DNA of 64,000 nt from an uncultured Gammaproteobacteria bacterium (GCA_947258795.1 CAMYJU010000003.1:141779-205778), one strand, 5' to 3'. Positions 1-9,714 are shown, counted from the stretch's first letter. Numbers and translations are program-made. The notes: generated from the letters alone by a model not told the origin.

Positions 1-618
1 GCCCTGTTGAAGGCAAAGCAGGCGGAACTGGCACGTATGCAACGCGGTGGACAATTGCGGCGCGCGCTGGAACTGGATCGTGAAAGCGTGGATTTCGGCA
101 AGCAGTACTGGCGCGAGCGTAACAAGCTGGCGTCCGATCTGGCCATGACCAGCAAGGAACTGGAGTTGCAAAGAAAGCAGCTTAACGACATGGAAAGGCG
201 GGCCGGTACCCAAATCGTTGATCCCGAGTGTCAGGACGAGATCATACGTGCACCGTTCCCGGCGCGTGTCCAGGTGGTCAGGCGACGGGTCAGGGAATTT
301 GCCAATCGTGGTGATGCGATAGTGATTTTGACCAGGAATGAGGCGCCGGTCCGTATCGAGGCCTACTTCACCGAAGATGAGCTGAAGCACTTAAACCTGG
401 GTAAAAAAATCGACGTGACCTTCCCGGACGGGGTTGAAAGTATCGGGGTGGTCAGTGCGGTGTACTCTTCGGCCTATTCGGTGCCGGAGCGTGAATGGAA
501 AGGCTACCGGCCGCTGACTACCGGCGTCCGTGCACACCTGTACCCGATTGATGACAATGAAAAACAGAACTGGAAGCAATATGACCGTATGGAAGTGCGG
601 GTGAGGGCAGGCAAATGA
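1..618 (+). CDS. HlyD-family membrane-fusion/periplasmic adaptor protein, C-terminal part (5' end lies outside the window)
   Basis: The ORF is open to the window edge in frame 1. A Q/R/E-rich coiled-coil-like stretch is followed by a beta-rich C-terminus (VTFPDGVESIGVV...VRAHLYPID) typical of HlyD-type adaptors. Its stop codon overlaps the next start as ATGA at 615-618. Confidence 0.6.
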   Translation, partial: ALLKAKQAELARMQRGGQLRRALELDRESVDFGKQYWRERNKLASDLAMTSKELELQRKQLNDMERRAGTQIVDPECQDEIIRAPFPARVQVVRRRVREFANRGDAIVILTRNEAPVRIEAYFTEDELKHLNLGKKIDVTFPDGVESIGVVSAVYSSAYSVPEREWKGYRPLTTGVRAHLYPIDDNEKQNWKQYDRMEVRVRAGK

Positions 619-2012
619 GAAAACCCTGTCTGGTTGGCAAGGACAAGCAGGTAGTCCCTGAGGATGTGCTGTCGATTGAACTGACAATGATAGAGTCGCT
701 GGATAGCCAGGACGTATCATGCTGGATTGTGGATATGAGCGATTGGCGTAAAGGCTGGCAAAAAATTGCTGCGATACGCGAACATCTTTCTCCCAAGGTT
801 TACCTGCGCCCGGTTGTATATCTGCATGCCGATAACTCCATGCCCGCAGAAATCAGTAAGGCAGCCGATGGTCAGCTGGCGCATGGTCTGGACAACAGTA
901 AGGGCCTGGATGAATTGTCATCACGGTTCGAAGCAACCAACCAGTGGATCGACCATTTGCCGGATCCGAATGCCGCGGTTGATGCCAATATTGCGTTCAA
1001 GGTCCTACGCCTGATTGCGAGCAGGAACAACGTACAAGAACCGGTCACTACGGTCAGGCGCAAGTCCGGTTATGTCTATCCGATACTGGAACCGTTGTTT
1101 TCCAAGCGTGATGAAGGTGCGCTGGAGACCCTGGAGTTTCTGGAGGCCCAGAAACTGATCAGCGGCGATTTCGTCAGCAAGGCGCATTTTTGCAGCAGTT
1201 GCAGCAGCGCGTTTATCAATTTCAAGGAGGCCTGTCCTCAATGTGGTTCGGATGACCTGAACGTGGACGAGCTGGTGCACCACTTCCGCTGTGCACATAT
1301 GGCGGTAATGTCGGACTTCAAGCGTGGCAGCAGCATGGTCTGTCCGAAATGCGACCGTGAACTGCACCATATCGGCGTGGACTATGACAAGCCGTCCATC
1401 ATGTACTCCTGCAATCATTGCAGTCATGGTTTTCAGGAACCATCGATCATGACGACCTGTTACAACTGTGGCCGCAGCACCGAACCGGAAAACCAGCACA
1501 CCCGGCTGATCAGGGCCTACAGTATCTCAGCGATAGGTCAGAACGCTGCCAGCTACGGCATGGAGGCCCTGTTCTCCAAGATACTGGATTCCGAGCTGCA
1601 GCTGTGCAGCTTCGATGCGTTCAGGGACTTCTACCGGGTTGAGGCCGCGCGCATCAAGCGTTACAAGAAGTCGGAAAGCTCTCTGGTCATGATCGCGCTG
1701 CGCGATATCGATAAGCTGTATGTACGACTGGGTGGCCGCGCAACAGAGGTGTTTGCCGAACTCAGTACCGTGTTCAGAACCGTGCTAAGACTGTCCGATG
1801 TGATTACCGCGCGTAACGAAAGCATCTTTTTTGTGATTATGACCGAAACCAGCACCACATATGCCGAGCGCGCCGTTGAGCGTCTGCATGAAGGCATTAT
1901 CGAACTATTGACCAACAATCTTGATTTCGATCCCGATATGTCCAGCCTGATCAAGCCGATCACGGTCGATATGGATCTGGATCAGACCCTGGAAGCGTTT
2001 TTACAGTCCTGA
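615..2012 (+). CDS. Putative c-di-GMP receptor/regulator: N-terminal domain of unknown type, central Cys-rich zinc-ribbon region (5 CxxC pairs), C-terminal degenerate GGDEF-like domain with the RxxD I-site retained
   Basis: CxxC pairs: CSSC, CPQC, CPKC, CNHC, CYNC. The C-terminal segment LVMIALRDIDKLYVRLGGRATEVF aligns to the GGDEF region RxxD-x5-GG(D/E)EF: the I-site RDID is intact and the catalytic motif is degenerated to GGRAT. Start and stop are both coupled as ATGA with the neighbouring genes. Confidence 0.6.
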   Translation: MRKPCLVGKDKQVVPEDVLSIELTMIESLDSQDVSCWIVDMSDWRKGWQKIAAIREHLSPKVYLRPVVYLHADNSMPAEISKAADGQLAHGLDNSKGLDELSSRFEATNQWIDHLPDPNAAVDANIAFKVLRLIASRNNVQEPVTTVRRKSGYVYPILEPLFSKRDEGALETLEFLEAQKLISGDFVSKAHFCSSCSSAFINFKEACPQCGSDDLNVDELVHHFRCAHMAVMSDFKRGSSMVCPKCDRELHHIGVDYDKPSIMYSCNHCSHGFQEPSIMTTCYNCGRSTEPENQHTRLIRAYSISAIGQNAASYGMEALFSKILDSELQLCSFDAFRDFYRVEAARIKRYKKSESSLVMIALRDIDKLYVRLGGRATEVFAELSTVFRTVLRLSDVITARNESIFFVIMTETSTTYAERAVERLHEGIIELLTNNLDFDPDMSSLIKPITVDMDLDQTLEAFLQS

Positions 2013-3319
2013 TGATATTCGAAAACGCGCTCGATTTTTTCCTGAGGATGGATACCGCGAAGATGCTGGCGTATTTCTGGCCGTTCTTCCTGCTCGATAT
2101 GACACGCTATCTGCTGCTGGATGTCGTGGTGATATCGATCTACTCGGTCAAGAACTGGTTCCAGCGTGACAAAATTGAAAGGGCAAGGCGACAACTGTAC
2201 AGTGAAAAGCCGCTGGTCTCGCTGATCATACCGGGTAAGAATGAAGGCAAGCATATACCGCGCCTGGCCGAGTCATTGGCGCGGCAGACCTATAAGAATA
2301 TCGAGATCGTGATCGTTGATGACGGCTCGGATGATGATACCGAAGAGATCTGCCGCAAGCTGGAACAGGAAGGCAAGATCGACCGTTTTATCCGTAATGA
2401 AGTCAGGGGTGGCAAGGCCTCGGCTGCGAACACGGCCATGCGTTTCTCACATGGCAAATACATTGTGCATATCGATGCCGATTCGCACCTGGCCTTTGAT
2501 TCGGTCGAAACCATACTGTTGCCGTTTTACATGGATCCGAATATTGGCGCCGTCGGCGGTGATGTCCGTGTGGCCAATACCGGTGACGCTTTTGTTACGC
2601 GCCTGCAGGGCATCGAGTATATGAAAGCCATTTCCACCGGCCGTACGGTATCGTCGGAACTGGGCATATTGCGTATTATTGCCGGTGCACATGGTGCGTT
2701 CCGCCGCGATATCCTGAATCGTTTGCATGGCTGGGATGTCGGTCCGGGGCTGGACGGTGATATTACCCTGAAGATCCGCAAGCTCGGTTTCCGGGTCGTA
2801 CATGAGCCACACGCGGTGTGCTACACCAATGTGCCGAAGACCTTCAGGGCGCTCGCAAAACAGCGTTTTCGCTGGGACCGTTCGATGGTGCGATTCAGGG
2901 TGCGCAAGCACCGCGATATATTGCTGATGAATTCGAACTTCAGCATCCTGAATTTTCTGGCATCGGCCGAGAATATCTTTTTCAATCTGGTGTTGGATTT
3001 CAAATGGTGGATTTATATCATCCAGATCGTGCTGTTTAATCCGTCGGTGCTGGAATATATTTTCCTGATCAACCTGATCCTGTACATGCTTGCTAACTAT
3101 CTCGAGTTTCTGGTGGCCTGTGCGCTGCTACACAGCTCCATGCGGCGCAGGGATTTTTTCCTGGTCTTGTATATCCCGCTGGTGCCGATCTATACCGGCA
3201 TTTATCTGCGTATCGTGCGTACCTATGCCTATATCATGGAGTTCCTGCACGGCGCTTCGTACATGGACAAATGGAACCCATGGAAGGTGTCCAGGGTGGT
3301 TAAGCGCGAGAAATTGTAA
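2012..3319 (+). CDS. Family-2 processive beta-glycosyltransferase (PgaC/NodC/BcsA-like polysaccharide synthase), N- and C-terminal TM segments
   Basis: LIIPGKNEGKHI...IEIVIVDDGSDDDT (GT-A nucleotide-binding fold), DAD (DxD) motif, QRFRW (QxxRW processivity motif), hydrophobic N-terminus and C-terminal multi-TM region. Confidence 0.85.
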   Translation: MIFENALDFFLRMDTAKMLAYFWPFFLLDMTRYLLLDVVVISIYSVKNWFQRDKIERARRQLYSEKPLVSLIIPGKNEGKHIPRLAESLARQTYKNIEIVIVDDGSDDDTEEICRKLEQEGKIDRFIRNEVRGGKASAANTAMRFSHGKYIVHIDADSHLAFDSVETILLPFYMDPNIGAVGGDVRVANTGDAFVTRLQGIEYMKAISTGRTVSSELGILRIIAGAHGAFRRDILNRLHGWDVGPGLDGDITLKIRKLGFRVVHEPHAVCYTNVPKTFRALAKQRFRWDRSMVRFRVRKHRDILLMNSNFSILNFLASAENIFFNLVLDFKWWIYIIQIVLFNPSVLEYIFLINLILYMLANYLEFLVACALLHSSMRRRDFFLVLYIPLVPIYTGIYLRIVRTYAYIMEFLHGASYMDKWNPWKVSRVVKREKL

Positions 3320-3384
3320 AAGGGGGTTAAACGCTTACAGTATCCGATAAGGTTCTTGAGGTAAACGACAGTTTCCCGTTACGG

Positions 3385-3482
3385 CTAGCAGAGGGTCAGG
3401 CAAAGACCGTCGGCAGCAGGGATGCTGCCGTCGAGCGTACATGGATGTATTTACCGCGTGTCTTTGCCTGACCCTCTGCTAG
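3385..3482. repeat. 23-bp perfect inverted repeat (CTAGCAGAGGGTCAGGCAAAGAC / GTCTTTGCCTGACCCTCTGCTAG) enclosing a second 7-bp hairpin (CGGCAGC-agggat-GCTGCCG)
   Basis: Read directly: arms at 3385-3407 and 3460-3482, spacer 52 nt, inner stem at 3411-3430. No U-tract follows, so it is not a canonical intrinsic terminator. Confidence 0.7.
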
Positions 3483-3514
3483 ACGCTATTGCTCTAATAA
3501 TGAACTCGATAGGG

Positions 3515-3530
3515 TTTTATTAGGAAAACC
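3515..3530. repeat. Copy of the recurrent intergenic motif (TTTTATTAGGAAAACC, related to TATTCAGGGAAAACC at 31540)
   Basis: Sequence similarity to the other copies listed in the findings. Confidence 0.3.
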
Positions 3531-3576
3531 TAAGACAGTTTTTTACCAAGACAGCTGTCAGAAGCTCTATAAAGTT

Positions 3577-4452
3577 TTAATAAACCTTCGCCTCGCCATC
3601 CGGCCTGACCTTGAAGCGTTTATAGGACCACATGTACTGCTCGGGCAGTTTACGGATTTCCTGCTCCAGGCCTAGGTTCAGTCCACTGGCCGCGGTGTGC
3701 AGGTCCGCTGCAGCCAGATCGTCACTGGCCGGGACAAAGTGCAGGCGAAAGCCGCGTGCCCAGGGCAGGCGTTCGGCATAGCTGTATAGCACCACCGGCT
3801 TATACTTATGCGCCAGCCTGGGCAACAACACCATGGTATTGGTGCTGACCCCGAAGAATGGCGCGAAGATGCCCTTACCCTTGCCGGGATTCTGGTCCGG
3901 CAGTACACCGATCATTTCACCGTTAGCGAGTGCGCGGTACAGCGCGCGCACCCCTTTGACATCGGTTGGTACCAGTGTGGCCCCCAGCCGCTGCCGGCCG
4001 TGGTGAATCATTTTGTCAATTTCATGACCCCGCTGCGGACGATACAGGTTGGTCATCGGGTGCAGGGTCGAGCAATACATGCCGATCAGTTCCCAGTCAC
4101 CCAGATGCGGTGTCACGATCACGACGCCCTTAGCGGATGTGATGGCCTGGTTGAGATGCTCGTGACCGACACTGCCGCGGATCAGGCCTAACACCCGCTC
4201 ACCCGGTCCAAACAGCAGGAACGGCTTTTCCATCAGGCCCTTACCGGTTTCAATCAGGCTGCGCCTGGCGAGACGGTGACGACTGCAGCGTGACAGTTCG
4301 GGGAAACACAACGTCAGATTGGTCAGGCTTACATGGCGCTTGGTGTTTGGTAGCAGGTAGAACAGCAAGCCGATAAAAGCGCCTATCGCGTGCGATACAG
4401 GCAGGGGTAGCCTGGCCGACAGCTTTATTATTGGAATGGCGAGCTTTTTCAT
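3577..4452 (-). CDS. lpxL: Lipid A biosynthesis lauroyl/myristoyl acyltransferase (LpxL/HtrB family)
   Basis: N-terminal TM anchor, PHLGDWEL acyltransferase motif, family-typical length (291 aa). The paralog assignment (LpxL versus LpxM or LpxP) is not resolvable by eye. Confidence 0.8.
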   Translation of the reverse strand: MKKLAIPIIKLSARLPLPVSHAIGAFIGLLFYLLPNTKRHVSLTNLTLCFPELSRCSRHRLARRSLIETGKGLMEKPFLLFGPGERVLGLIRGSVGHEHLNQAITSAKGVVIVTPHLGDWELIGMYCSTLHPMTNLYRPQRGHEIDKMIHHGRQRLGATLVPTDVKGVRALYRALANGEMIGVLPDQNPGKGKGIFAPFFGVSTNTMVLLPRLAHKYKPVVLYSYAERLPWARGFRLHFVPASDDLAAADLHTAASGLNLGLEQEIRKLPEQYMWSYKRFKVRPDGEAKVY

Positions 4453-4457
4453 AGTGG

Positions 4458-4676
4458 CTACAACAGGTCGGAGTAGTCGGCCGCGAGGATTTGCCTGGCG
4501 CGTTCTGCGTCCTGGTCGTCGACCTGTAACTTTATCCCGCCTACAGCGATGCTGTATAGCATATCGGTCTGGACCAGGTGCTCGTCAACCAGCCACGCCT
4601 TGATCTGTTCGGCCTTAAGGCGACCCAGCGCCAAATTGGCATCGATAATCGTGTCGAATGTTGCTATAGTTACCAT
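4458..4676 (-). CDS. DUF2007-like small protein (putative signal-transducing protein fold)
   Basis: 72 aa, MVTIATFDTIIDANLALGRLKAEQIKAWLVD... pattern typical of DUF2007; lies 5 nt upstream of lpxL. Confidence 0.6.
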   Translation of the reverse strand: MVTIATFDTIIDANLALGRLKAEQIKAWLVDEHLVQTDMLYSIAVGGIKLQVDDQDAERARQILAADYSDLL

Positions 4677-4775
4677 TTATATTTCATTTATTGATATTAA
4701 TTTAACTAAATTAACCACTTTTATTAAATATCTGTGTTCATATTCGTAAAACAATTTATTATTTTATAATGTGGT

Positions 4776-4791
4776 AATAATAATTATTATT
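4776..4791. repeat. Perfect 16-nt AT palindrome AATAATAATTATTATT overlapping the ttcA stop codon
   Basis: Read directly; it lies in the AT-rich spacer upstream of the DUF2007 gene. Confidence 0.5.
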
Positions 4792-5560
4792 CAGCGGTAT
4801 CTACGGATATAAGTGGTTTTATTGCATTTAATATGCTTTTGTATAGCTGTTTATTGGATTTTTCTTCTTTCTGGAGCAGCTCTTTCATATGTTGACGCTG
4901 GGTCGGCATACTGAAACAGGCCGGGCAGTTCTCGACGATCACCGGCAATGCCGCCTGTTTGGCAAATTCAGCGGTCTGGCGTTCACGTACATAGACCAGC
5001 GGCCGTATCACACGCAGGTCCTCGCTGCGCACGGTGTAATGGGCCTTCATGCTACGCAGCTGGCCGCCGTGAAACGCGGACATCAGGAATGACTCGGCCA
5101 GATCGTCGAGATGCTGGGCCAGTGCCAGTACGTTGTAGTGCTCTCGCCTGGCCGTGGTATACATGATCCCGCGTTTCATGCGTGCACACCAGGAGCAGTA
5201 GGAATCCCCCTGCATATGTTCGCGCGCCTGTTGCAGTATCGGCTGCTGTTCATAGAAATAGCGAACACCCAGGTCGGCCAGATAGCCCTTTAGTGGTGAC
5301 GGGTCAAAGCTGTCGGACATCGGGTCGACCGTGATCACACCCAGTTCGAAGCGCACTGGCGCGTAGCTCTGCAGGTGCAGCAGGATTTGCAGCAGTGTCA
5401 GTGAATCCTTGCCACCGGACAGGCCGAGCAGGATGCGGTCACCCTGTCGTATCATGTCGAAATTGGCAATCGCGCGTCCAACCGGGCGTAACAGGTTCTT
5501 GGGAGGTGTTGCGTAACCCGTGCTGTTTTCCGGTTTGCCCGGGTGGGTTTCAGTAGACAT
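4787..5560 (-). CDS. ttcA: tRNA-cytidine(32) 2-sulfurtransferase TtcA
   Basis: PP-loop SGGKDS motif (LLGLSGGKDSLTLL) and two CxxC clusters (CSWC, CPAC) characteristic of TtcA. Confidence 0.9.
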   Translation of the reverse strand: MSTETHPGKPENSTGYATPPKNLLRPVGRAIANFDMIRQGDRILLGLSGGKDSLTLLQILLHLQSYAPVRFELGVITVDPMSDSFDPSPLKGYLADLGVRYFYEQQPILQQAREHMQGDSYCSWCARMKRGIMYTTARREHYNVLALAQHLDDLAESFLMSAFHGGQLRSMKAHYTVRSEDLRVIRPLVYVRERQTAEFAKQAALPVIVENCPACFSMPTQRQHMKELLQKEEKSNKQLYKSILNAIKPLISVDTAE

Positions 5561-5608
5561 GGTTTATGGCCGGTGGTCTGTAGTCAGGTTTCTGAAAATT
5601 GATTATAA

Positions 5609-5627
5609 GGGAACCTCTGATTAAGTC
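5609..5627. repeat. Motif GGGAACCTCTGATTAAGTC in the ttcA/metH divergent spacer (18 of 19 identity with 36729-36747)
   Basis: Direct comparison of the two loci; a partial related copy CTTATAAATCAG lies at 5689-5700. Confidence 0.4.
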
Positions 5628-5708
5628 TATCATGGGTGCGCCAGTGCGGATTTCTGTATCCGGCGTGACCATGTTACACTCCACAACCCTTATAAATCAG
5701 CAAGCTAG

Positions 5709-8700
5709 ATGAACATCATGTCCAGTCCACTCGAACAAGCCCTGTCTGAACGTATCCTGATACTGGATGGTGCCATGGGTACCATGATCCAGAGCTATAA
5801 ACTCGATGAATCCGGCTATCGCGGTGAACGCTTCAGTGACTGGCAGGGTGACCTGAAGGGTAACAACGATCTGCTGGTGCTGACCCAGCCTGATATCATC
5901 GGCGATATCCACAAGGCCTATCTCGAGGCCGGTGCCGATATCGTCGAGACCAATACCTTCAATGCCAACTATTACGGCATGGCCGATTATGGCATGCAGG
6001 ACTATGTGCATGAGCTGAACGTGGCCGCGGCGCGGGTTGCACGCAAGGCCTGTGATGAATTTTCGACGGATGACAAACCCCGGTTTGTTGCCGGTGTGCT
6101 CGGTCCGATGCCGGTTACCGCATCGATGTCCAAGGACGTCAACAATCCCGGTGCCCGGGACGTGACCTTTGACCAGTTGCGCGAGGCCTACACGGTATCG
6201 CTCGATGGCCTGATCGAGGGTGGTATCGACCTCATCCTGGTCGAGACCGTATTCGATACCTTGAACGCAAAGGCCGCGCTGTTTGCGATCGATGAATATT
6301 TCGAGCAATCCGGCAAGCATCTGCCGGTGATGATCTCGGGCACGATTACCGATGCGTCCGGACGTATCCTGACCGGGCAGACGCCAGAGGCGTTCTGGAA
6401 CTCGTTACGCCATATCAAGCCACTGAGTTTCGGCTTTAACTGCGCGTTGGGGGCGAAGGAGTTGCGTCCGCACATCGAGGAAATCGCCGGACTGGCTGAT
6501 TGCTACATCAATGTGCATCCGAATGCCGGCCTGCCCAATGCGTTTGGCGGTTTTGACGAAACCCCGGAGATGCTGGCCGAGGAGATTGGCGACTGGGCCA
6601 GGAGCGGTTTTGTCAATATCGTCGGTGGCTGTTGTGGGACCACACCGACCCATATCCGTGCCGTGGCCGATGCTGTTTCCAAGTATCCGCCACGCCAGAT
6701 TCCGGAAGTGGTCACCGAATGCCGTCTCAGCGGGCTGGAGCCGTGTAACATCAACAAGGACTCGCTGTTCGTGAATGTCGGTGAACGCACCAACGTGACC
6801 GGTTCGGCGAAGTTCAAACGCCTGATCCTCGAAGAGCAATACGACGAGGCGCTGGAGGTCGCGCGTGAGCAGGTCGAGAGCGGTGCACAGATCATTGATG
6901 TGAACATGGACGAAGGCATGCTCGATGGTGAACAGGCGATGGTAACCTTCCTGAACCTGATGGCCAGTGAGCCGGATATCGCGCGCCTGCCGATCATGAT
7001 CGATTCGTCCAAGTGGCCGATTATCGAGGCCGGACTCAAATGTATTCAGGGCAAGGGCATTGTCAATTCAATATCGCTGAAAGAGGGTGAAGACAACTTC
7101 TTTCATCAGGCGCGTCTGTGCCGTCGTTACGGTGCCGCGATTATCGTGATGGCCTTTGACGAAACCGGGCAGGCCGATACCCGCGAACGCAAGGTCGAGA
7201 TCTGCACGCGCGCCTATAAAGTACTCACCGATCAGGTTGGCTTCCCGCCCGAGGATATTATTTTTGACCCGAATATTTTTGCGGTGGCCACCGGTATCGA
7301 GGAACACAACAATTACGGCGTTGATTTCATCGAGGCCACGCGAGAGATCAAGCAGACTCTGCCGTACGCGATGGTCAGCGGCGGGGTATCAAATGTATCG
7401 TTCTCGTTCCGTGGCAATAACCCGGTGCGCGAGGCGATCCACTCTGTATTCCTGTATCACGCCATTACGGCCGGTATGGATATGGGCATCGTCAATGCCG
7501 GGCAACTGGCTGTCTATGATGAACTGCCTGAGGAATTGCGTGAGCATGTCGAGGACGTGGTGCTGAACCGGCGCGATGATGCGACCGAACGCCTGCTCGA
7601 TATTGCTGAAAAATATCGTGGCGAAGGAGGTGCCGGTAAAAAGGAAGAAGACCTCGAATGGCGTAGCTGGCCGGTGGAAAAACGCATTGAGCACGCAATG
7701 GTCAAAGGTAATGACAGTTTTATTCTCGAGGACGCCGAGCAGGCGCGTCAGCAATTCGATCGACCGATCCAGGTGATCGAAGGCCCGTTAATGGATGGTA
7801 TGAATGTGGTCGGCGACCTGTTCGGGGCCGGCAAGATGTTTCTGCCACAGGTGGTCAAGTCCGCACGCGTGATGAAAAAGGCGGTCGCACACCTGGTACC
7901 GTTTATCGAGGACGAGAAGGAAGAGGGCGCAAAGAGTAACGGCAGGATCCTGATGGCCACCGTCAAAGGCGATGTGCATGATATTGGCAAGAACATTGTC
8001 GGTGTGGTGTTGCAATGCAATAACTTCGAGGTGGTCGATCTCGGCGTGATGGTGCCGGCCAATGAGATACTCGACAAGGCACGCGAAGAAAACGTCGACA
8101 TCATCGGCTTGAGCGGACTGATTACACCGTCACTGGACGAGATGGTGCATATTGGCAAGGAATTGCAGCGTCTGGACATGGACACCCCGCTGATGCTCGG
8201 CGGTGCGACCACCTCGCGTGCGCATACCGCGGTAAAGGTCGAGCCGAATTACCAGAATGGTCCGGTGGTCTGGGTCAAGGACGCCTCGCGCGCGGTCGGT
8301 GTGGCGCAGAACCTGATCAGTGAAGACCTGAAAGCGGATTTCGTCAACAAGACCCGTGTCGAGTATGAAGTGGTGCGCACCAATTATGCCGGCAGGCGCA
8401 AGAAAATCGACTGGCTGAGTCTCGAGCAGGCGCGCGAAAACAAAACGAAAATCGACTGGTCGGCATACCAGCCACCGGTACCGGCCGAGCCGGGTGTCAC
8501 CGTATTCGAAGACTTCCCGCTAGACGAGATACGTGACTATATCGACTGGACACCGTTTTTCCATGCCTGGGAGCTGAAGGGCCGTTATCCGAAAATCCTC
8601 GATGATCAGGAAAAAGGCGAAGAGGCGCGTAAACTGTTTACCGATGCCGAAAATATGCTGGACCGGATTATTGCTGAAAAGTGGCTGACCGCGCGTGCGG

Positions 8701-9395
8701 TAATCGGCCTGTATCCGGCCAATACGATCAACGATGACGATATCGAGGTGTATACCGATGACACCCGGTCCGAGGTGTTGACCGTGCTGCACAACCTGCG
8801 TCAGCAGCAACAGAAACCGCCGGGCAAGCCCAACACCAGCCTGAGTGATTTCATTGCGCCGAAAGACACCGGACTGAAGGACTATATTGGTGGTTTCGCA
8901 GTGACCGCCGGCATCGGTGTGGATGAAAAGGTCGCCGAATTCGAGGGCCAGCATGACGACTATCATGCGATCATGGTCAAGGCCCTGGCCGACCGCCTGG
9001 CCGAGGCCTTAGCCGAACTGATGCATATACGCGTGCGCAAGCAGTACTGGGGCTATGCCGGTGACGAGCAATTGGGCCATGACGAGCTGATCAAAGAGGT
9101 TTACCGGGGTATCCGCCCGGCGGCCGGTTACCCGGCCAGCCCGGACCATACCGAAAAGGACATTATCTGGTCATTGATGGATGTTGAGCAAAACACCGGC
9201 ATCTGGTTGACCGAAGCCAAGGCCATGGTGCCGGCGGCCTCGGTTAGCGGGCTCTATTATGCCCATCCCGAGTCACGTTATTTCGCGGTAGGGAAGTTGA
9301 ACCGTGACCAGCTTGAAGATTATGCCAGGCGTAAGGGTATGAGTCAGGAGCAGGTTGAAAAGTGGCTGTCGCCGAATCTGGGTTATGATACGTAA
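5709..9395 (+). CDS. metH: Cobalamin-dependent methionine synthase MetH
   Basis: 1228 aa. N-terminal homocysteine-binding start [15 protein letters not shown], pterin-binding, B12-binding ([11 protein letters not shown]) and AdoMet reactivation domains all recognisable. An alternative start ATG at 5718 (MSSPLEQ) is possible. Confidence 0.95.
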   Translation: MNIMSSPLEQALSERILILDGAMGTMIQSYKLDESGYRGERFSDWQGDLKGNNDLLVLTQPDIIGDIHKAYLEAGADIVETNTFNANYYGMADYGMQDYVHELNVAAARVARKACDEFSTDDKPRFVAGVLGPMPVTASMSKDVNNPGARDVTFDQLREAYTVSLDGLIEGGIDLILVETVFDTLNAKAALFAIDEYFEQSGKHLPVMISGTITDASGRILTGQTPEAFWNSLRHIKPLSFGFNCALGAKELRPHIEEIAGLADCYINVHPNAGLPNAFGGFDETPEMLAEEIGDWARSGFVNIVGGCCGTTPTHIRAVADAVSKYPPRQIPEVVTECRLSGLEPCNINKDSLFVNVGERTNVTGSAKFKRLILEEQYDEALEVAREQVESGAQIIDVNMDEGMLDGEQAMVTFLNLMASEPDIARLPIMIDSSKWPIIEAGLKCIQGKGIVNSISLKEGEDNFFHQARLCRRYGAAIIVMAFDETGQADTRERKVEICTRAYKVLTDQVGFPPEDIIFDPNIFAVATGIEEHNNYGVDFIEATREIKQTLPYAMVSGGVSNVSFSFRGNNPVREAIHSVFLYHAITAGMDMGIVNAGQLAVYDELPEELREHVEDVVLNRRDDATERLLDIAEKYRGEGGAGKKEEDLEWRSWPVEKRIEHAMVKGNDSFILEDAEQARQQFDRPIQVIEGPLMDGMNVVGDLFGAGKMFLPQVVKSARVMKKAVAHLVPFIEDEKEEGAKSNGRILMATVKGDVHDIGKNIVGVVLQCNNFEVVDLGVMVPANEILDKAREENVDIIGLSGLITPSLDEMVHIGKELQRLDMDTPLMLGGATTSRAHTAVKVEPNYQNGPVVWVKDASRAVGVAQNLISEDLKADFVNKTRVEYEVVRTNYAGRRKKIDWLSLEQARENKTKIDWSAYQPPVPAEPGVTVFEDFPLDEIRDYIDWTPFFHAWELKGRYPKILDDQEKGEEARKLFTDAENMLDRIIAEKWLTARAVIGLYPANTINDDDIEVYTDDTRSEVLTVLHNLRQQQQKPPGKPNTSLSDFIAPKDTGLKDYIGGFAVTAGIGVDEKVAEFEGQHDDYHAIMVKALADRLAEALAELMHIRVRKQYWGYAGDEQLGHDELIKEVYRGIRPAAGYPASPDHTEKDIIWSLMDVEQNTGIWLTEAKAMVPAASVSGLYYAHPESRYFAVGKLNRDQLEDYARRKGMSQEQVEKWLSPNLGYDT

Positions 9396-9427
9396 ACAGA
9401 AACCGGGGTGGATTTTACATAAAAAGA

Positions 9428-9465
9428 CCGGACGGTTTCACTGGTTCGCAGTGTCTTCCGTCCGG
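9428..9465 (+). terminator. Weak hairpin downstream of metH (CCGGACGG...CCGTCCGG, 22-nt loop, no U-tract)
   Basis: 8-bp inverted repeat read directly. It lacks a T-run, so it is only a tentative terminator. Confidence 0.2.
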
Positions 9466-9534
9466 CAGCCTTACGTGGAGAGACGTAACCGTTTGATTGC
9501 CTGACCTGCTGACTAACAGCCGACGATATTCCGA

Positions 9535-9618
9535 TCAGGCGATCATGTTTGCAACTATGATCAGTACGATCATCAGGGCGACTGGTACCAGTACTGTGTT
9601 GCCTACACTGGAAGCCAT
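9535..9618 (-). CDS. Unannotated 27-aa hydrophobic peptide (MASSVGNTVLVPVALMIVLIIVANMIA)
   Basis: ATG at 9618..9616 preceded by AGGA 4 nt upstream, stop TGA at 9537..9535, single TM-like helix. A perfect FNR-type box sits about 85 nt upstream on this strand. Confidence 0.2.
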   Translation of the reverse strand: MASSVGNTVLVPVALMIVLIIVANMIA

Positions 9619-9700
9619 CGTCCTGTCTTCAATAGAATTCCTTTATCATCCGATGTGTTAGTCTGTAGAGAAAGACTAGCTCAGAAGGCGGAGTGATACA

Positions 9701-9714
9701 TTGATCTGGATCAA
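9701..9714. promoter_or_regulatory. Perfect FNR/CRP-family box TTGATCTGGATCAA (TTGAT-N4-ATCAA)
   Basis: Exact 14-mer palindrome in the ORF-free spacer between two divergent mini-ORFs (9618 minus strand, 9857 plus strand). Confidence 0.45.

Noticed and set aside
5561-5708. Possible cobalamin riboswitch upstream of metH (AGTCAGG at 5582-5588 resembles the start of a B12 box)
   Set aside because: The match covers only 7 nt of the B12 box. The spacer is too short (148 nt) for the aptamer, and B12 riboswitches are not expected before metH.
5697-6320. Minus-strand ORFs of 95-207 aa inside metH (also 6405-7039, 7748-8212, 8520-8966)
   Set aside because: They lie entirely within the strongly supported metH reading frame on the opposite strand, with no family resemblance. 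They are shadow ORFs typical of GC-skewed codon positions.
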